DNA of 64,000 bases from Leucoraja erinacea (lineage: Eukaryota), in contig NC_073404.1 of the NCBI RefSeq assembly GCF_028641065.1, positions 11,904,001 to 11,968,000 on the forward strand. Reading direction: 5' to 3'. Numbering within the stretch: position 1 is the first letter of the stretch; the number at the start of each line of letters is the position of its first letter. Below the pieces are notes generated by a model. It was not told the DNA's origin and made no database searches. It saw only the letters and a list, made by a program, of their open reading frames with translations. The position numbers and the translations under genes were made by a program. Positions 22,509-33,734 of this stretch are shown piece after piece.

Positions 22509-25419
22509 CTGTGTGGGAAAGAAAGGAGAGACGGTCAGAGATGAGGGAGGGGAGCTCAGTGACCTCCCACATCTCAAAGACATGCGTGTGTCAGTGGGTT
22601 AACTGGCTGCTGTAAATTGCCCCGAGTGTGTAGCTGGGTGGTAGAATCTGGGGGGAGTTCATGGGAATGTGGGGGGAAGAAAATGGAATTAGTGTAGATG
22701 GATGATTGATGGTTGACTTGGGTCAGGTGGATTAGAGGGGCTGTCCCTGTGTTGTACTGTATGACACACAAAACAAAGCACAGTGGGGCAAGTTCAGATC
22801 ACCTGGCCTCTGTACATCCCTGTCAGCTGAGTGAACTGTTCTCTCTGGCCTAATCTGGGTCACTTTTTAGTCCAGAGACTTAAGCACAAAGCTATCATCG
22901 AACATTCCAGATGCAGTTCTGCGCTACTGGAGGTGCAGTACGTCAGTACCAACCTAAGGTCACATCAGGTAGATGCAAACACCCTTACAATCCATCACAC
23001 ATTCCAGACTCCCTACTATTGACTCCATCTACACTTCTCTCTTCTGCCTGCTCTCGTCAAGCAGAAGATACAAAAACATAAAAGCACATACCACAAGACT
23101 TGGGAACAGCTTTTTCACTGCTGTTATAAGACTTCTAAGTTGTTCTCCCATATAAGGTTCTAGTCCCAATCTTCCAACCTTCCTCATTGCTGACATTGGG
23201 CATTTTCGCCAGCACTGTAACACGGCAGTGCAGAAAACTATATTCGACACTGTGGTATTTTTACCTTTGTACAACTACCTGTTGTACTTGTGTACATTTT
23301 TTTAATGTGTCATATTATCAAAGGAATCAAGGGATATGGGGGAAAAAGCAGGAAGCAGGAAAAGTGGGGTGCTGATTTTAGATGATCAGCCATGATCATA
23401 TTGAATGACGGTGCTGGCTCGAAGGGCTGAATGGCCTACTCCTGCACCTATTTTTCCATGTTTCTATGTTTTTGGAAAGTGGGATGAAAGCGGATCTCCC
23501 GCAGAAAACCCTTGCGGTCACGGGGACAACGTCCAAACTCCGCACGGATATGCACTCCTAGTCAGTATCGAACCCGGGTCTCTGGCGCCGTAAGGCAGCA
23601 ACTCAAACTGCAGCACCACCATGCAGAGTTGCTGCCTTACAGCGTCTGTGACCCGGGTTCAATCCTAACTATGAGTGCTTGTCCGTGGGGAGTTTGTACA
23701 TTCCCCGCATGACCTGCGTGGGTTTTCTCCAGGTGCTCCGTTTTCCTCCCACACTCCAAAGACTGATTACGTGATTAATGAGAATTTTAAGCTCCAGACC
23801 AATATTATAATGAATGTTCTTTGTGGCTTGGTTCTACTGTTGCTATTCATGCTCCATATGGTATAAGATTGGAAGGACTTTACTCAGGATGGTGGTAATG
23901 TGGCTTATATTCATACATCGATCATAACTTGCCTTCGCATTAATGGAAACCACAAGCTTTGAATCATAAAATTATGACAAGGGAATTCGCCGACGACAGG
24001 AGATAGGGAATTGAATGGGACGACCAAGAATGATAATGTTATTGCTTTAGAGGAATGTTGATTTGGCAATAATACGCAGAAAAGTCAAGATAAGAATTAA
24101 TCTGCATGTTCAGCATTGAATTAATGAGAGGGATAGATGAATATGCTTTGATGAAAGTGCTTGTTGATCCAAATTTAATAGACAAAACAAGATTTGGAGA
24201 ACAATTTGCTGAATTGTTGCCAATTAAGAGTTTTTTTTCTTTCAGTCTGAAGAAGGGTCCCGACCCAAAATGTCACCTATCTCTTTTCTCCAGTGATGCT
24301 GTCTGACCCGCTGAGTTACTCCAGCACTTTGTGTCTACCTTTGGTGGAAACCAGCATCTGCAGTTCCTTCCTAGATATCTCGGGGTTCCCTTTCACTCTG
24401 TGCCTGGCCTTTGCAATTTTTTAGCCTGGCTTTCCACTCCATAGATCTACTTTTTCTCATAATCATCTGTTGGCAGCTGAGAGTCCCTCCCCGCAACCCG
24501 CTCCCCGATCCCCCAGACCATTTAATTCCACGGCACGCATACCATCAACCCCTCCCTTTGGTCCCTCTGCATCACAGACTGTGCAGTAAGGAACTGCAGA
24601 TGCTGGTTTGCACTGAGGATATTCACAAAGTGCAGAGTGGCTCAGCGAGTCAGACATCATCTCTGGATAGAAGGAATGGATGACGTTTTGGGTCGTCTGA
24701 AGAAGGGTATCGACCCAAAACTTCGCTCATTCGTTCTATCCCCAGAGATGCTGCCTGTCCTGCTGAGTTGCTCCAGCATTTTGTGCCTATCTTCAGGGAC
24801 TCTGCATTCTGCAACATCTCACAGAAATGTTCAGTCTTCAGATCTAGGACAGCAACACACCACCGACTGACTCCAGTGTCACTTCCAAGAGTCTCTTGAC
24901 CGCTGGATGCTTGTGCTTGCAACACCGTCACATTTTAAACTTTTGCATCTTCTGCTCTATTTCGGATAGAAATATCTGCACTTCTCATCTCAGCGATCTA
25001 CCAGCTGCTGATTGTAGGTCAAATAGATTAATTGCATGCAAGCCCAGGTTTTGTGAATTTAATATCCTAAAATGCCAAAAGCCAAGGCCCAAGAATGAAA
25101 AGGAATCCCTCATATCCAGGCATGGCTACTGTGGCTTCTCTGCCACAGAAGGCAGCAGAGGCCATTTCACTGGATGTTTTCACGAGAGAGTTAGATATAG
25201 CTCTTTGGGCTAACTGAATCAAGGGATATGGGGAGACAGCAGGAATGGGGTACTGATTTTGGATGATCAGCCACGATCATGTTGAATGATGGTGCTGGTT
25301 CGAAGGGACGAATGATCTACTCCTGCACCTATTTTCTATGTTTCTATTTTTATTATCTGATTTAATTCAATAGCATGCAAACACAAGCTTTTCATTATAT
25401 CTCAGTGCACATGACAATA

Positions 25420-26145
25420 ATAAACTCCTCCAACCTCATTTACTGTATGCGCTGTTCCAGGTATCAACTCCTGTACATTGGCGAGACCAAGCGCAGGTGT
25501 AATGTCTTGGTACAATATGGAGCATGTATTACATATATAACATTTCGTGCCCAGACATCACATCTCCCTCTTTACTTTACAGACATCACCGGCACTGACA
25601 TTTATAGTATATGCATGTTCCATATTGTACCAAGACATTACATCTCCCTCTTCACTTCAAAGATCTTACAGCAGGGTCACCGATCATTTCACTGAACACC
25701 TCCGCTCAGTCCGCCTTAACTTGCCTGATCTCCCGGTTGCTCAGCACTTTAACTCCCCCTCCCATTCCCAATCTGACTTTTCTGTCCTGGGCCTCCTCCA
25801 TTGTCAGAGTGAGGCCCAGCGCAAATTGAAGGACCAGCACCTCATATTTTGCTTGGGTAGCTTACACCCCAGTGGTATGAACATTGACTTCTCTAACTTC
25901 AAATAGCCCTTGCTTTCCCACTCTCACCATCCCCTCCCCCTTCCAGTTCTCCCACCAGTCTTACTGTCTCCGAATACATTCTATCTCTGTTCTGCCCACT
26001 CCCCTGACATCAGTCTGAAGAAGACCATGACCTGAAACATCATCCATTCCTTCTCTCCAGAGATGCTGCCTGTCCCGCTGAGTTACTCCAGCATTTTGTG
26101 TCTATCTTCGATTTAAACCAGCATCTGCAGTTCTTTCCTACACAT
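25420..26145 (+). mobile_element. Penelope-like element 3' part (GIY-YIG endonuclease and 3' repeat), interrupted
   Basis: NLIYCMRC...LYIGETKR / EHLRSVR..LPVAQHFN...LGSLHPSGMN. A 173-bp insertion sits at 25498-25670. Confidence 0.88.
25498..25670. mobile_element. 173-bp TGT...ACA hairpin mini-element with 5-bp TSD
   Basis: GCAGG at 25493-25497 and 25671-25675. A 24-bp perfect inverted repeat TGTAATGTCTTGGTACAATATGGA spans 25498-25642. Confidence 0.8.
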
Positions 26146-26721
26146 TAATAAACCAATTCTCCCTGAAGTTCTTGGCGAATGAGTTACCTCTTTTATGTGA
26201 GATTTTACCCTGTCAGCCGCTGTACTCCCAATATCAGTACACTTCAAAAGTCTTACCGGCTAGACAGCACCTTGGGATGTCCTTGGGTCCTCTTAAATCA
26301 ACTGCCCAGAGATTCCATCCCCAGACAGGCCACCAGATGGCAGTGGCAGGCAGGCTCCAGAGATACAGGGAGAGAGGGTTTTGGATAATCCGCTCTAAAG
26401 GGAAATTCCTATGATTCGGCAACTGGGTCACCTGGTATTGTTTGCCAAGTCAACCACCCATTCACCAGGACCTACTTACCATGTTCTCTTTAAACTCACC
26501 TCTTCTGTTTCCCATGCTCCTTTATAAACTTAAAAGATTAACTGGAATGTATATATTTTTGTTCATGAATGAAAAGTATTGGAATATTAGTAAAATCTAT
26601 TAGTCTGGCACCAGTGAATTCCTAACCCTGCCAGATGAACGGATTTCTATTGTGTTAAGGGTAGGAATGACACAGTGGTGCAGCTGGTAGAGCTGCTGCC
26701 TCACAGCGACAGAGACCTGCT

Positions 26722-27210
26722 TTGATATGGTATGGTATGGCAACTGCTCTGTCTCTGACTGGAAAGCACTACAGAGGGTGGAGAAAACTGCCCAACGCAT
26801 CACCGGTTCCTCATTCCCCAACATTGAGACTGTACAAAGCAAGCAATGTCTGCGGAGGGCGCGCAGCATCGTCAAGGACTGCTCTCACCCCAGCCACAGT
26901 CTGTTTACCCTCCTCCCATCCGGGAGGCGCTACAGGTCTCTCCGTTGCCAGACCAGCAGGTCCAGGAACAGCTTCTTCCCTGCGGCTGTTACATTACGTA
27001 ACTCTGCACCTTGGTGATTGCCAGTCACCCCCCCCCCCCCACCCCGGACACTCCTTCCCCCAGAAAAATTGCACTACTACTACTGTATGTACATATATAT
27101 ATTTATTGCTCATTATTCTATGTTCGCTCTTCTGGGGAGATGCTAACTGCATTTCGTTGTCTCTGTACTGTACACTGCACAATGACAATAAAGATTGAAT
27201 CTGAATCTGA
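26722..27210 (+). mobile_element. Rex1/Babar-type LINE 3' fragment nested in a SINE
   Basis: VWYGNCSVSDWKALQRVEKTAQRITG...HPSHSLFTLLPSGRRYR; AATAAA followed by a (GAATCT)n tail. Confidence 0.8.
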
Positions 27211-28438
27211 TCCTGACCTCAGGTAGACATAAAATGTTGGAATAACTCAGCGGGTCAGGCAGCATCTCTGCTCGACCTGAAACGACACCCATTCCTTCTG
27301 TACAGTGATGCTGCCTGACCCGCTGAGTTACTCCAGCATTTTGTGTCTACCTGTGATTTAAACCAGCATCTGCATTTATTTTCTACACATTTGATCCTGA
27401 CCTCGGCTGCTGTCTGTATGGAGTTTTGTAAGTTCTCCTAGTGTCCGCGAGGGTCTCCTTTGGCTTCCTTCCACATCCCAAAGATCTGCGGGTTTGTAGG
27501 TTAATTGGCCTCTGTCAATTGCTGCCAGTGAGTTGGGCGTGAAAGTGGATGTGAAAGTGGGATAACATAGAACCAGAGCAAACGGGTGATCGATGGTCAG
27601 CGTGGACTCGATGGACGCAAGGACCTGTTTCCGTGCTGTATCTTTCAATCAGTAGCAACATCACTGAGGCCGATTGGATAAACCACCTCACGGCCTTGAG
27701 ACCCAGCCACATCCCCCTACTCCTGTGATAGTCTCACAACCAAAACTCTGCAGAAGTGGGAGGAAGAGAAGACCGTACAACTAATGGTGCTCGTCATAAA
27801 ATATTGTGCTGGAGTTGTTGGAAATGAAAGAGTATTCTCCCGTGCAGCACCTCAGGCAGGTGAATGGAGGAATAATTAGTTTAGTTTAGTTTATTAATGT
27901 TACATGTACCAAGATGCAGTGAAAAGATGTTGTTTGAGTGCTATCCAGTTAAAGATTATGTATGAATACAATCAAGCTGTCACAGTGCACATTTAAAAGA
28001 TAAGAGGTACAACATTTAGTTCAAGATATAACAATTGAGGTCCAATAAAGTCCGAATAAAGATAGTCCGATTCAATGAGGTAGAGGGGAGGTCAGGACTG
28101 TACTCTAGCTGATGAGAGGACCGTTTAGTTACCAGATAACAGCTGGGAAGAATTTGGCAAAAAAAATAACTGGGAATATTTAACAAAGACCTCGTTTGAA
28201 CATCAAGGAATTGATTGATTGGGTGACAAGCCGGCTGTTTGTCAACCATTCCACTACAAAAGGTGGAGGACTGACAGTGATGGGTACGTCAGGCACTAGT
28301 GATGGGTGACTGGAGGGGGGGGGGGGGGGGGGGGGGGGGGGAAACAGTGTGGGGTGAGCAGTCACGCAATGAAAGGTGCAGGGAGGCGTGAATGGAGAGT
28401 TGGAGACCCACCCCACCCCCGGGATGGACCGGCCGTAC

Positions 28439-28678
28439 CTGTTTGTTCATGAAGACGTAAATGACGGGGTTGTAGATGGTGGCGGTCTTTGAGAAGTAGG
28501 AAGGCATGGAGGCCAGGGTGGGCTGAATCACGATGTCCTTATTAATTGCAATCACCATGGCAAAGGTGGTGTAGGGCAACCAGCAGACCAGGAAGGCCAT
28601 CACCATGGCGACCACCATGCGGGACACCTCTCGCTCGGCGCGCTGCGTGCTCTGGCTGTCCTTCTGTTGCTGAGCGAC
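28439..28678 (-). CDS. OPNP: pinopsin exon 4 (TM6-TM7, retinal-binding Lys)
   Basis: cag|GTC...CAG|gtacgg, 240 nt. Encodes AEREVSRMV...CWLPY...[22 protein letters not shown] (K296, NPxxY). Confidence 0.97.
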
Positions 28679-28764
28679 CTGCAGAGGGAGAGAAGATGGT
28701 TCACTCACGTTCTCTGGCATCAGTCACAGCACCGGGAGTGGACCGCTGTCCCGTCAAACGCTCC

Positions 28765-29175
28765 AAAGACAGGACTTGATATCTAAAGGGGCTGCTCCTT
28801 GCCTTCTGGCGACATTTCACACCCACCATCCTCATCGTTAGACACCCAGTGCGTAGGGGAGAGGGTAGGGTTGACGATGTCCTGGTTGGGTTGCTCCTAG
28901 GCCTGGCCATCTGCGAGTCATGGCGCCAGGCGGAAGAGGGCTTTGCCCCTTTTCCGGGTTTACATCTGTGCCCGGGTGGTTTCAGAGAGGGACTGTGCGC
29001 TGTCCACGGACACCCTATGGGATTTCCAGGACATGTATCCTTAATAAGGATGGGGAAATAGTTGTTTAAGGAAAATTTGTTTTACTTGTATTGTGGTAGT
29101 GGGTTTTGTTTTGAATTATTTGGTATTGTAAATAGTATTGTAAATAATTGAACAAATCTATTTTTGGTAAAAGAA
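28765..29175 (+). mobile_element. L1/Tx1-type LINE 3' end, copy 1
   Basis: KGLLLAFW.HF.P...LLLGLA; A-rich end; clear similarity to 30260-30680. Confidence 0.7.
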
Positions 29176-30029
29176 AAGACAGGACTTGCACACAGAGTGA
29201 AGTTCCCTCCACACTGTCCAGTCATATACTCCCTATGAGGAGCTTTAAACTACATCTAACCTCTAACCAGAACTGCATCCGCTGGGAGGTCAGCTTTCTC
29301 AACCCTCGAGTCAGTGATTTGCAAGTGCTCCTCAACTCTGGAACACAATTCGTCACATTCCTCTATTCTATCAGAATCCAACAGTTTAACACCCAGTGCA
29401 TTATCGAATGCCTAATGGGATGGCTGAATGATTGGTCCATGTGGTGAAATGGCAATTGCTGCTGAGGGAACGGATGTGCTACAATGCTGAGACCTCTGCA
29501 TCTTCCCCTTTGCCCCACCTACCCGAGTTAGATCTGATCGCGTTTATTGTCTGATCGGATCAGATAATTTGCAAAACAAAGTTTTTCACTATTTCTTGGC
29601 ACACGTGACAATAATAAACCTAAACCTAAATAAACTGAAACCTTTCACAGAATCAAAGAATGTGGAAACAAACCCATTGGCCCAACATGCACATGGAGCA
29701 TCAGGGGCAAGTTGGGCCAAAGGGCCTGTTTCCTGGACTATGTAGGACTGTGGAGTCTGAGATGCGGTTGCCTTTGGTCACTGCACTCCCCCTGCTGGTG
29801 ATGGGAGAAACTCCGTCTACCAAGGCAGGCAGGATAACGGTCACAGACAAGACAGTTGCCACTGAAGTCTCCTGTACAGGCTCCTCCCCCACACCCTGCA
29901 CTTGCTCACCCTCATTCACCGTCTGGGCACAAAGTGTTGGGGTTAGGAAGGAGAAATAGATCAGCCATGATTGAACGGCGGAGTAGACTTAATGGGCTGA
30001 ATGGCCTAATTCTACACCTATTCCTTATG

Positions 30030-30680
30030 ACCTTAAAGTGTCAATTTTTGTCGCGCGATTGGGGGTCCCTCCATTCAGGGATTCTCCCCCTCTATGTCGG
30101 GGACCTAGAGTGGATGGTACTACACTGAGGAGTCCTATGTAACCTGTTTCTCTCGCGGTTCACAGACTCACCAGCCGCCTGCCACTTTTGCGGGCTGGAC
30201 GAGTCTGTGTTCCACATCTACATGGAGTGTGTGAGGTTGCAGCCTCTGTACCGAATTCTAAAAGGGCTGCTGCTTGCCTTCTGGCTGCACTTCACACCCA
30301 CCTTTGGACACCCTGTGTGTAGGGGAGAGGGTAGGGCTGAAGATGTACTGGCTGAGTTGCTCCTAGGCCTGGCCAAGCTTGCCATCCACGGGTCACGGCG
30401 CCAGGCGGAGTAGGACTCTGCCGAGCCGGCTGCTGCCCCTTTGCCAGGATTGCATCTGCGCCCAGGTGGTTTTAGAAAGAGACTATGCGCTATCCAAGGG
30501 CACTTTGGGGGATTTCCTGGACCGCTGGTGGAATACATCTTTAATAAGGATTGTGATATAGTTATTTAAGAATATTTGATTTACTGGTATCATGGTGGTG
30601 GGTTTTGTTTTGAATTATTTAGTATTGTAAATAGCATTATAAATACTTGAACTAATCTATTTTTGCTTAAATTTAAAAAA
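30030..30680 (+). mobile_element. L1/Tx1-type LINE 3' end, copy 2
   Basis: C-terminal zinc knuckle CHFCGLDESVFHIYMEC, then LLLGLAKLAIH, then an A-rich tail. Confidence 0.75.
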
Positions 30681-30739
30681 GGAGCTGATGCTAGAAGCCT
30701 CCGGCCGTCGCGTCACAGTTGTGAGTACAGACGTTAGGC

Positions 30740-31275
30740 GGTCATGTTACAGTTGTACAAGACAATAGTGAGGCCACATTTAGAGTATTGTGTTCAGTTT
30801 TGGTCACCCTGTTATAGGAAAGATGATAAATTGGAAAAAGTGCAGAGAAGATTTACGAGGATGTTGGCAGGATTTGAGGGCCTGACCTATAGGGAGAGGT
30901 TGAGCAGGCAAGAACTTTATTCCCTGGAGTGCAGGAGGATGAGGGGTGAGGATACCCTTTTTGAAGGGTATAAAATCATGTGGGTTATAGAGTCTTTTAC
31001 CCAGAGTAGGGGAATCGAGAACAAGAGGACATAGGTTTAAGGTTTTTTTTACACAAAGGTTGGTGGGTATATGGAACAAGCTGCCAGAGGAGGTGGTTGT
31101 GACAGGTACTATCACAATGTTTAAAAGACATTTGGACGGATGCATGGATAGGACAGGTTTAGAAGGATGTGGGCCAAATGCAGGCAGGTTAGATAAGTGT
31201 AGATGGGGCATGGGAATGTCGGCGTGGGCAAGATGGGCCGAAGGGCCTATTTCCATGCTGACTCTTTGACTCTGA
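30740..31275 (+). mobile_element. CR1 LINE 3' fragment
   Basis: LYKTIVRPHLEYCVQFWSP motif and a CR1 tail. Confidence 0.85.
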
Positions 31276-31613
31276 GTTGGTGTTCAGAGCTCCTGAGTGC
31301 GGGGTGACTCAAAATGCTGCTCCTATCGGCTGCTGAGAGCTCAGATCTACATTTGGAACACACTGAAGATTAACCAACATTTTAACAGGCCCTGTGATAT
31401 CATCAAAGCAGTTTCTGAACCTGTAGCGATTCATGCCTATGCCCAGAGACGATGCTTTGGGTAGCACTAAACCCTTCAGACGGTGGGCAAATGGCCCTGA
31501 CCTCCTTGCCGGTTGGCTGGGGGACCACATGAACAAAACGGAACCACAGAGCGACTGGAGGCCGAAGGGAGGAGAGCACCGATCCCCGTGGCAGAACCAT
31601 TCAGCAAACTCAC

Positions 31614-31759
31614 GGCTCGGAGGACCACCAGCAGACTGGAGTAGGAGAAGATGATCAGGCTCAGGGGCATCATGAAGCAGGTGACGAAGAGGGCCACCAC
31701 GTAGCTGTTATTGTTGGTCCCACCCGTGTACCAATTTGGTCCACAGGACGTGCGCAGTC
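31614..31759 (-). CDS. OPNP: pinopsin exon 3
   Basis: cag|GA CTG...GCC|gtgagt, 146 nt. Encodes [40 protein letters not shown], close to chicken pinopsin [20 protein letters not shown]. Confidence 0.97.
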
Positions 31760-32199
31760 CTGGAGGCCCAGAGGGAAAATGGCGTTAATAACACAAAGCA
31801 GTCATCTCCAGAGTCTCCCCTCTCCCAGCGCACCCTGCCCCAGACAGAAGTCCCTCCATGTCAATAGGGGAAGGTCAGGTATATTCCCAACTACTTGCAC
31901 ACAGCAAGGTCCCACAACAGTAACATGATAACATAGGGAAGCCTGCTTCACTGTGATCGAATGAGTGATGAGTGGCGCCATATTTTGTGTGTAAGTGCGA
32001 GATGGGCTATGATTAGACTGCATTTGGAGTATTGTGTGCAGTTCTGGTTGTCCATCACAGGAAGGGCGTGGAGACTTTGGAGAGGGTGCAGAAGAGGATG
32101 ATCAGAATGTTAGCTGCATTAAAGAGTTTAGCTACAAGGAGAGTTTGGAGAAACTTGGAATGTTTTCTCTGCAGAAGTCGAGGATGATCCAGAATGTTC

Positions 32200-32495
32200 C
32201 ATGCACCTGACAGAGCTTGAGAGAATTAAAGAGGTGTGCCAAGCTTGTAGCTACAAGAAGAGAGGCTGAAATCGCTGAAAAACAAAGTATGAGAAAGTTT
32301 AATACTTATGAAAATGTGATATTTCCGACTTTTTTTTAAATGACTTTGCAAAACATCTGTTTTCGCTTTTTTATTATGGGGTATTGTGTGCAGTTTGATG
32401 ATAAGAAAAATGAATTTAATCCATTTTGGAATAAGGCTGTAACGTAACAAAATGTGGAAAAAGTGGAGGGGTCTGAATACTTTCTGAATGCACTG
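32200..32495. mobile_element. Tc1-like transposon end fragment inside a CR1 remnant
   Basis: Terminus GGGGTCTGAATACTTTCTGAATGCACTG|TA; CR1 sequence on both sides. Confidence 0.75.
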
Positions 32496-33346
32496 TAAGT
32501 ATGTAGAATCATGTGGCATCAAGTAGGCAGTTGGAATATTTTTCCCAGTGTCTAAATGTGAAAGACTAGATAGGTTTAGGACGAGAGAGGCAAAGTTAAA
32601 AGGAGGTGCTAGATACGTTTTTTTTACAGAGATTGCATGAGGCCTAGAACGCGCTGCCAGGGGTGGTGGAGGCAGATATGATAATGGTGTTTGAGGCTTT
32701 TAGATAGAGATATGGAAATAGATGCAGGGAATGGAGGGACATGGATCACATGCAGACAGAGATTAGTTTAACAGCATCATATCCGCATGACCGCTGCGGA
32801 TATTCTTTGCTGTTGTGTTCTGTGTTCTATTTGAACAACTGATCATCAGCTCGTGAGGGCAGAAGCTAAAGGGCACGTTGGGAAGGGGGAGAGGGAAGGA
32901 AAGAAAGTGTGATCCCAAGGGACGGTCCAAGTCCAGGTCCAGGTCCGAGTGAGGATTTGGAGACACGGGAGAACGTGCAAAGCTCCCCTTGTGTAGACCC
33001 AGTGAGAGGGAGTGTGGGACCGGACCAGAGGCTGAGGGTGGGGGGAACCTCTTACAGGCATCTACTGAATTGAAAGGTTTGGTAGGCTAGGGATTGTGAC
33101 CCAGGTGCCAAGGACCACAGATATCAGATGAATGCATCGATCTAGAATTTGCAGAAGGCTGCAGGAGTAGCAGATTCCAGGCTGGTACAGGAGGGGGTCG
33201 AGAGGGATTGGGGTTCCACAGTGAAGGCAGAGGGACAGCCGTGTGGAATCGAGTGTGGAGTAGCAAGAGGGAGTGCCCATTGGAAGGGTCTGTGCGGCGC
33301 CGTGGTGAGTTGGGGGGGGGGTCCTGAGTCTTGCTCCGGCACTTAC

Positions 33347-33529
33347 CCTCAGTAACGTAACTGCACCATCCGAACAGAGGCGGGGCCGTCCAGACCAGTG
33401 ACCAGAGCCAGGTGAAGAGGCAGCCCCAGACCGCGTGCCGCTGCTGAAAGCGGAAATCACCCAAGGGTTTGCAGACGACCACGTAACGTTCGAAGGCCAG
33501 GATCGCCAGCGACCACAGCCCCACGATAC
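33347..33529 (-). CDS. OPNP: pinopsin exon 2
   Basis: tag|GT ATC...GAG G|gtaagt, 183 nt, 14 nt longer than rod-opsin exon 2 (169 nt), matching the known pinopsin intron-2 shift. Encodes GIVGLWSLAILAFERYVVVCKPLGDF. Confidence 0.97.
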
Positions 33530-33734
33530 CTACCGGGAAAGACAGCCTCACCACTGGGTACCCGGGAGGACCAGACAATCCATGTCTCATCCTGACTCCC
33601 TCCAATCTCTTCTTCTCCCCCTCTCTCTCTCTCTCTCTCCAACCATCGCACAAGATTAAGCCATTCAACACAACCTTCCCTGTGCTGCCAGTGGCTCCTA
33701 TGATACAGAGAGGGGCCCATCTGTTTTGTTCACA

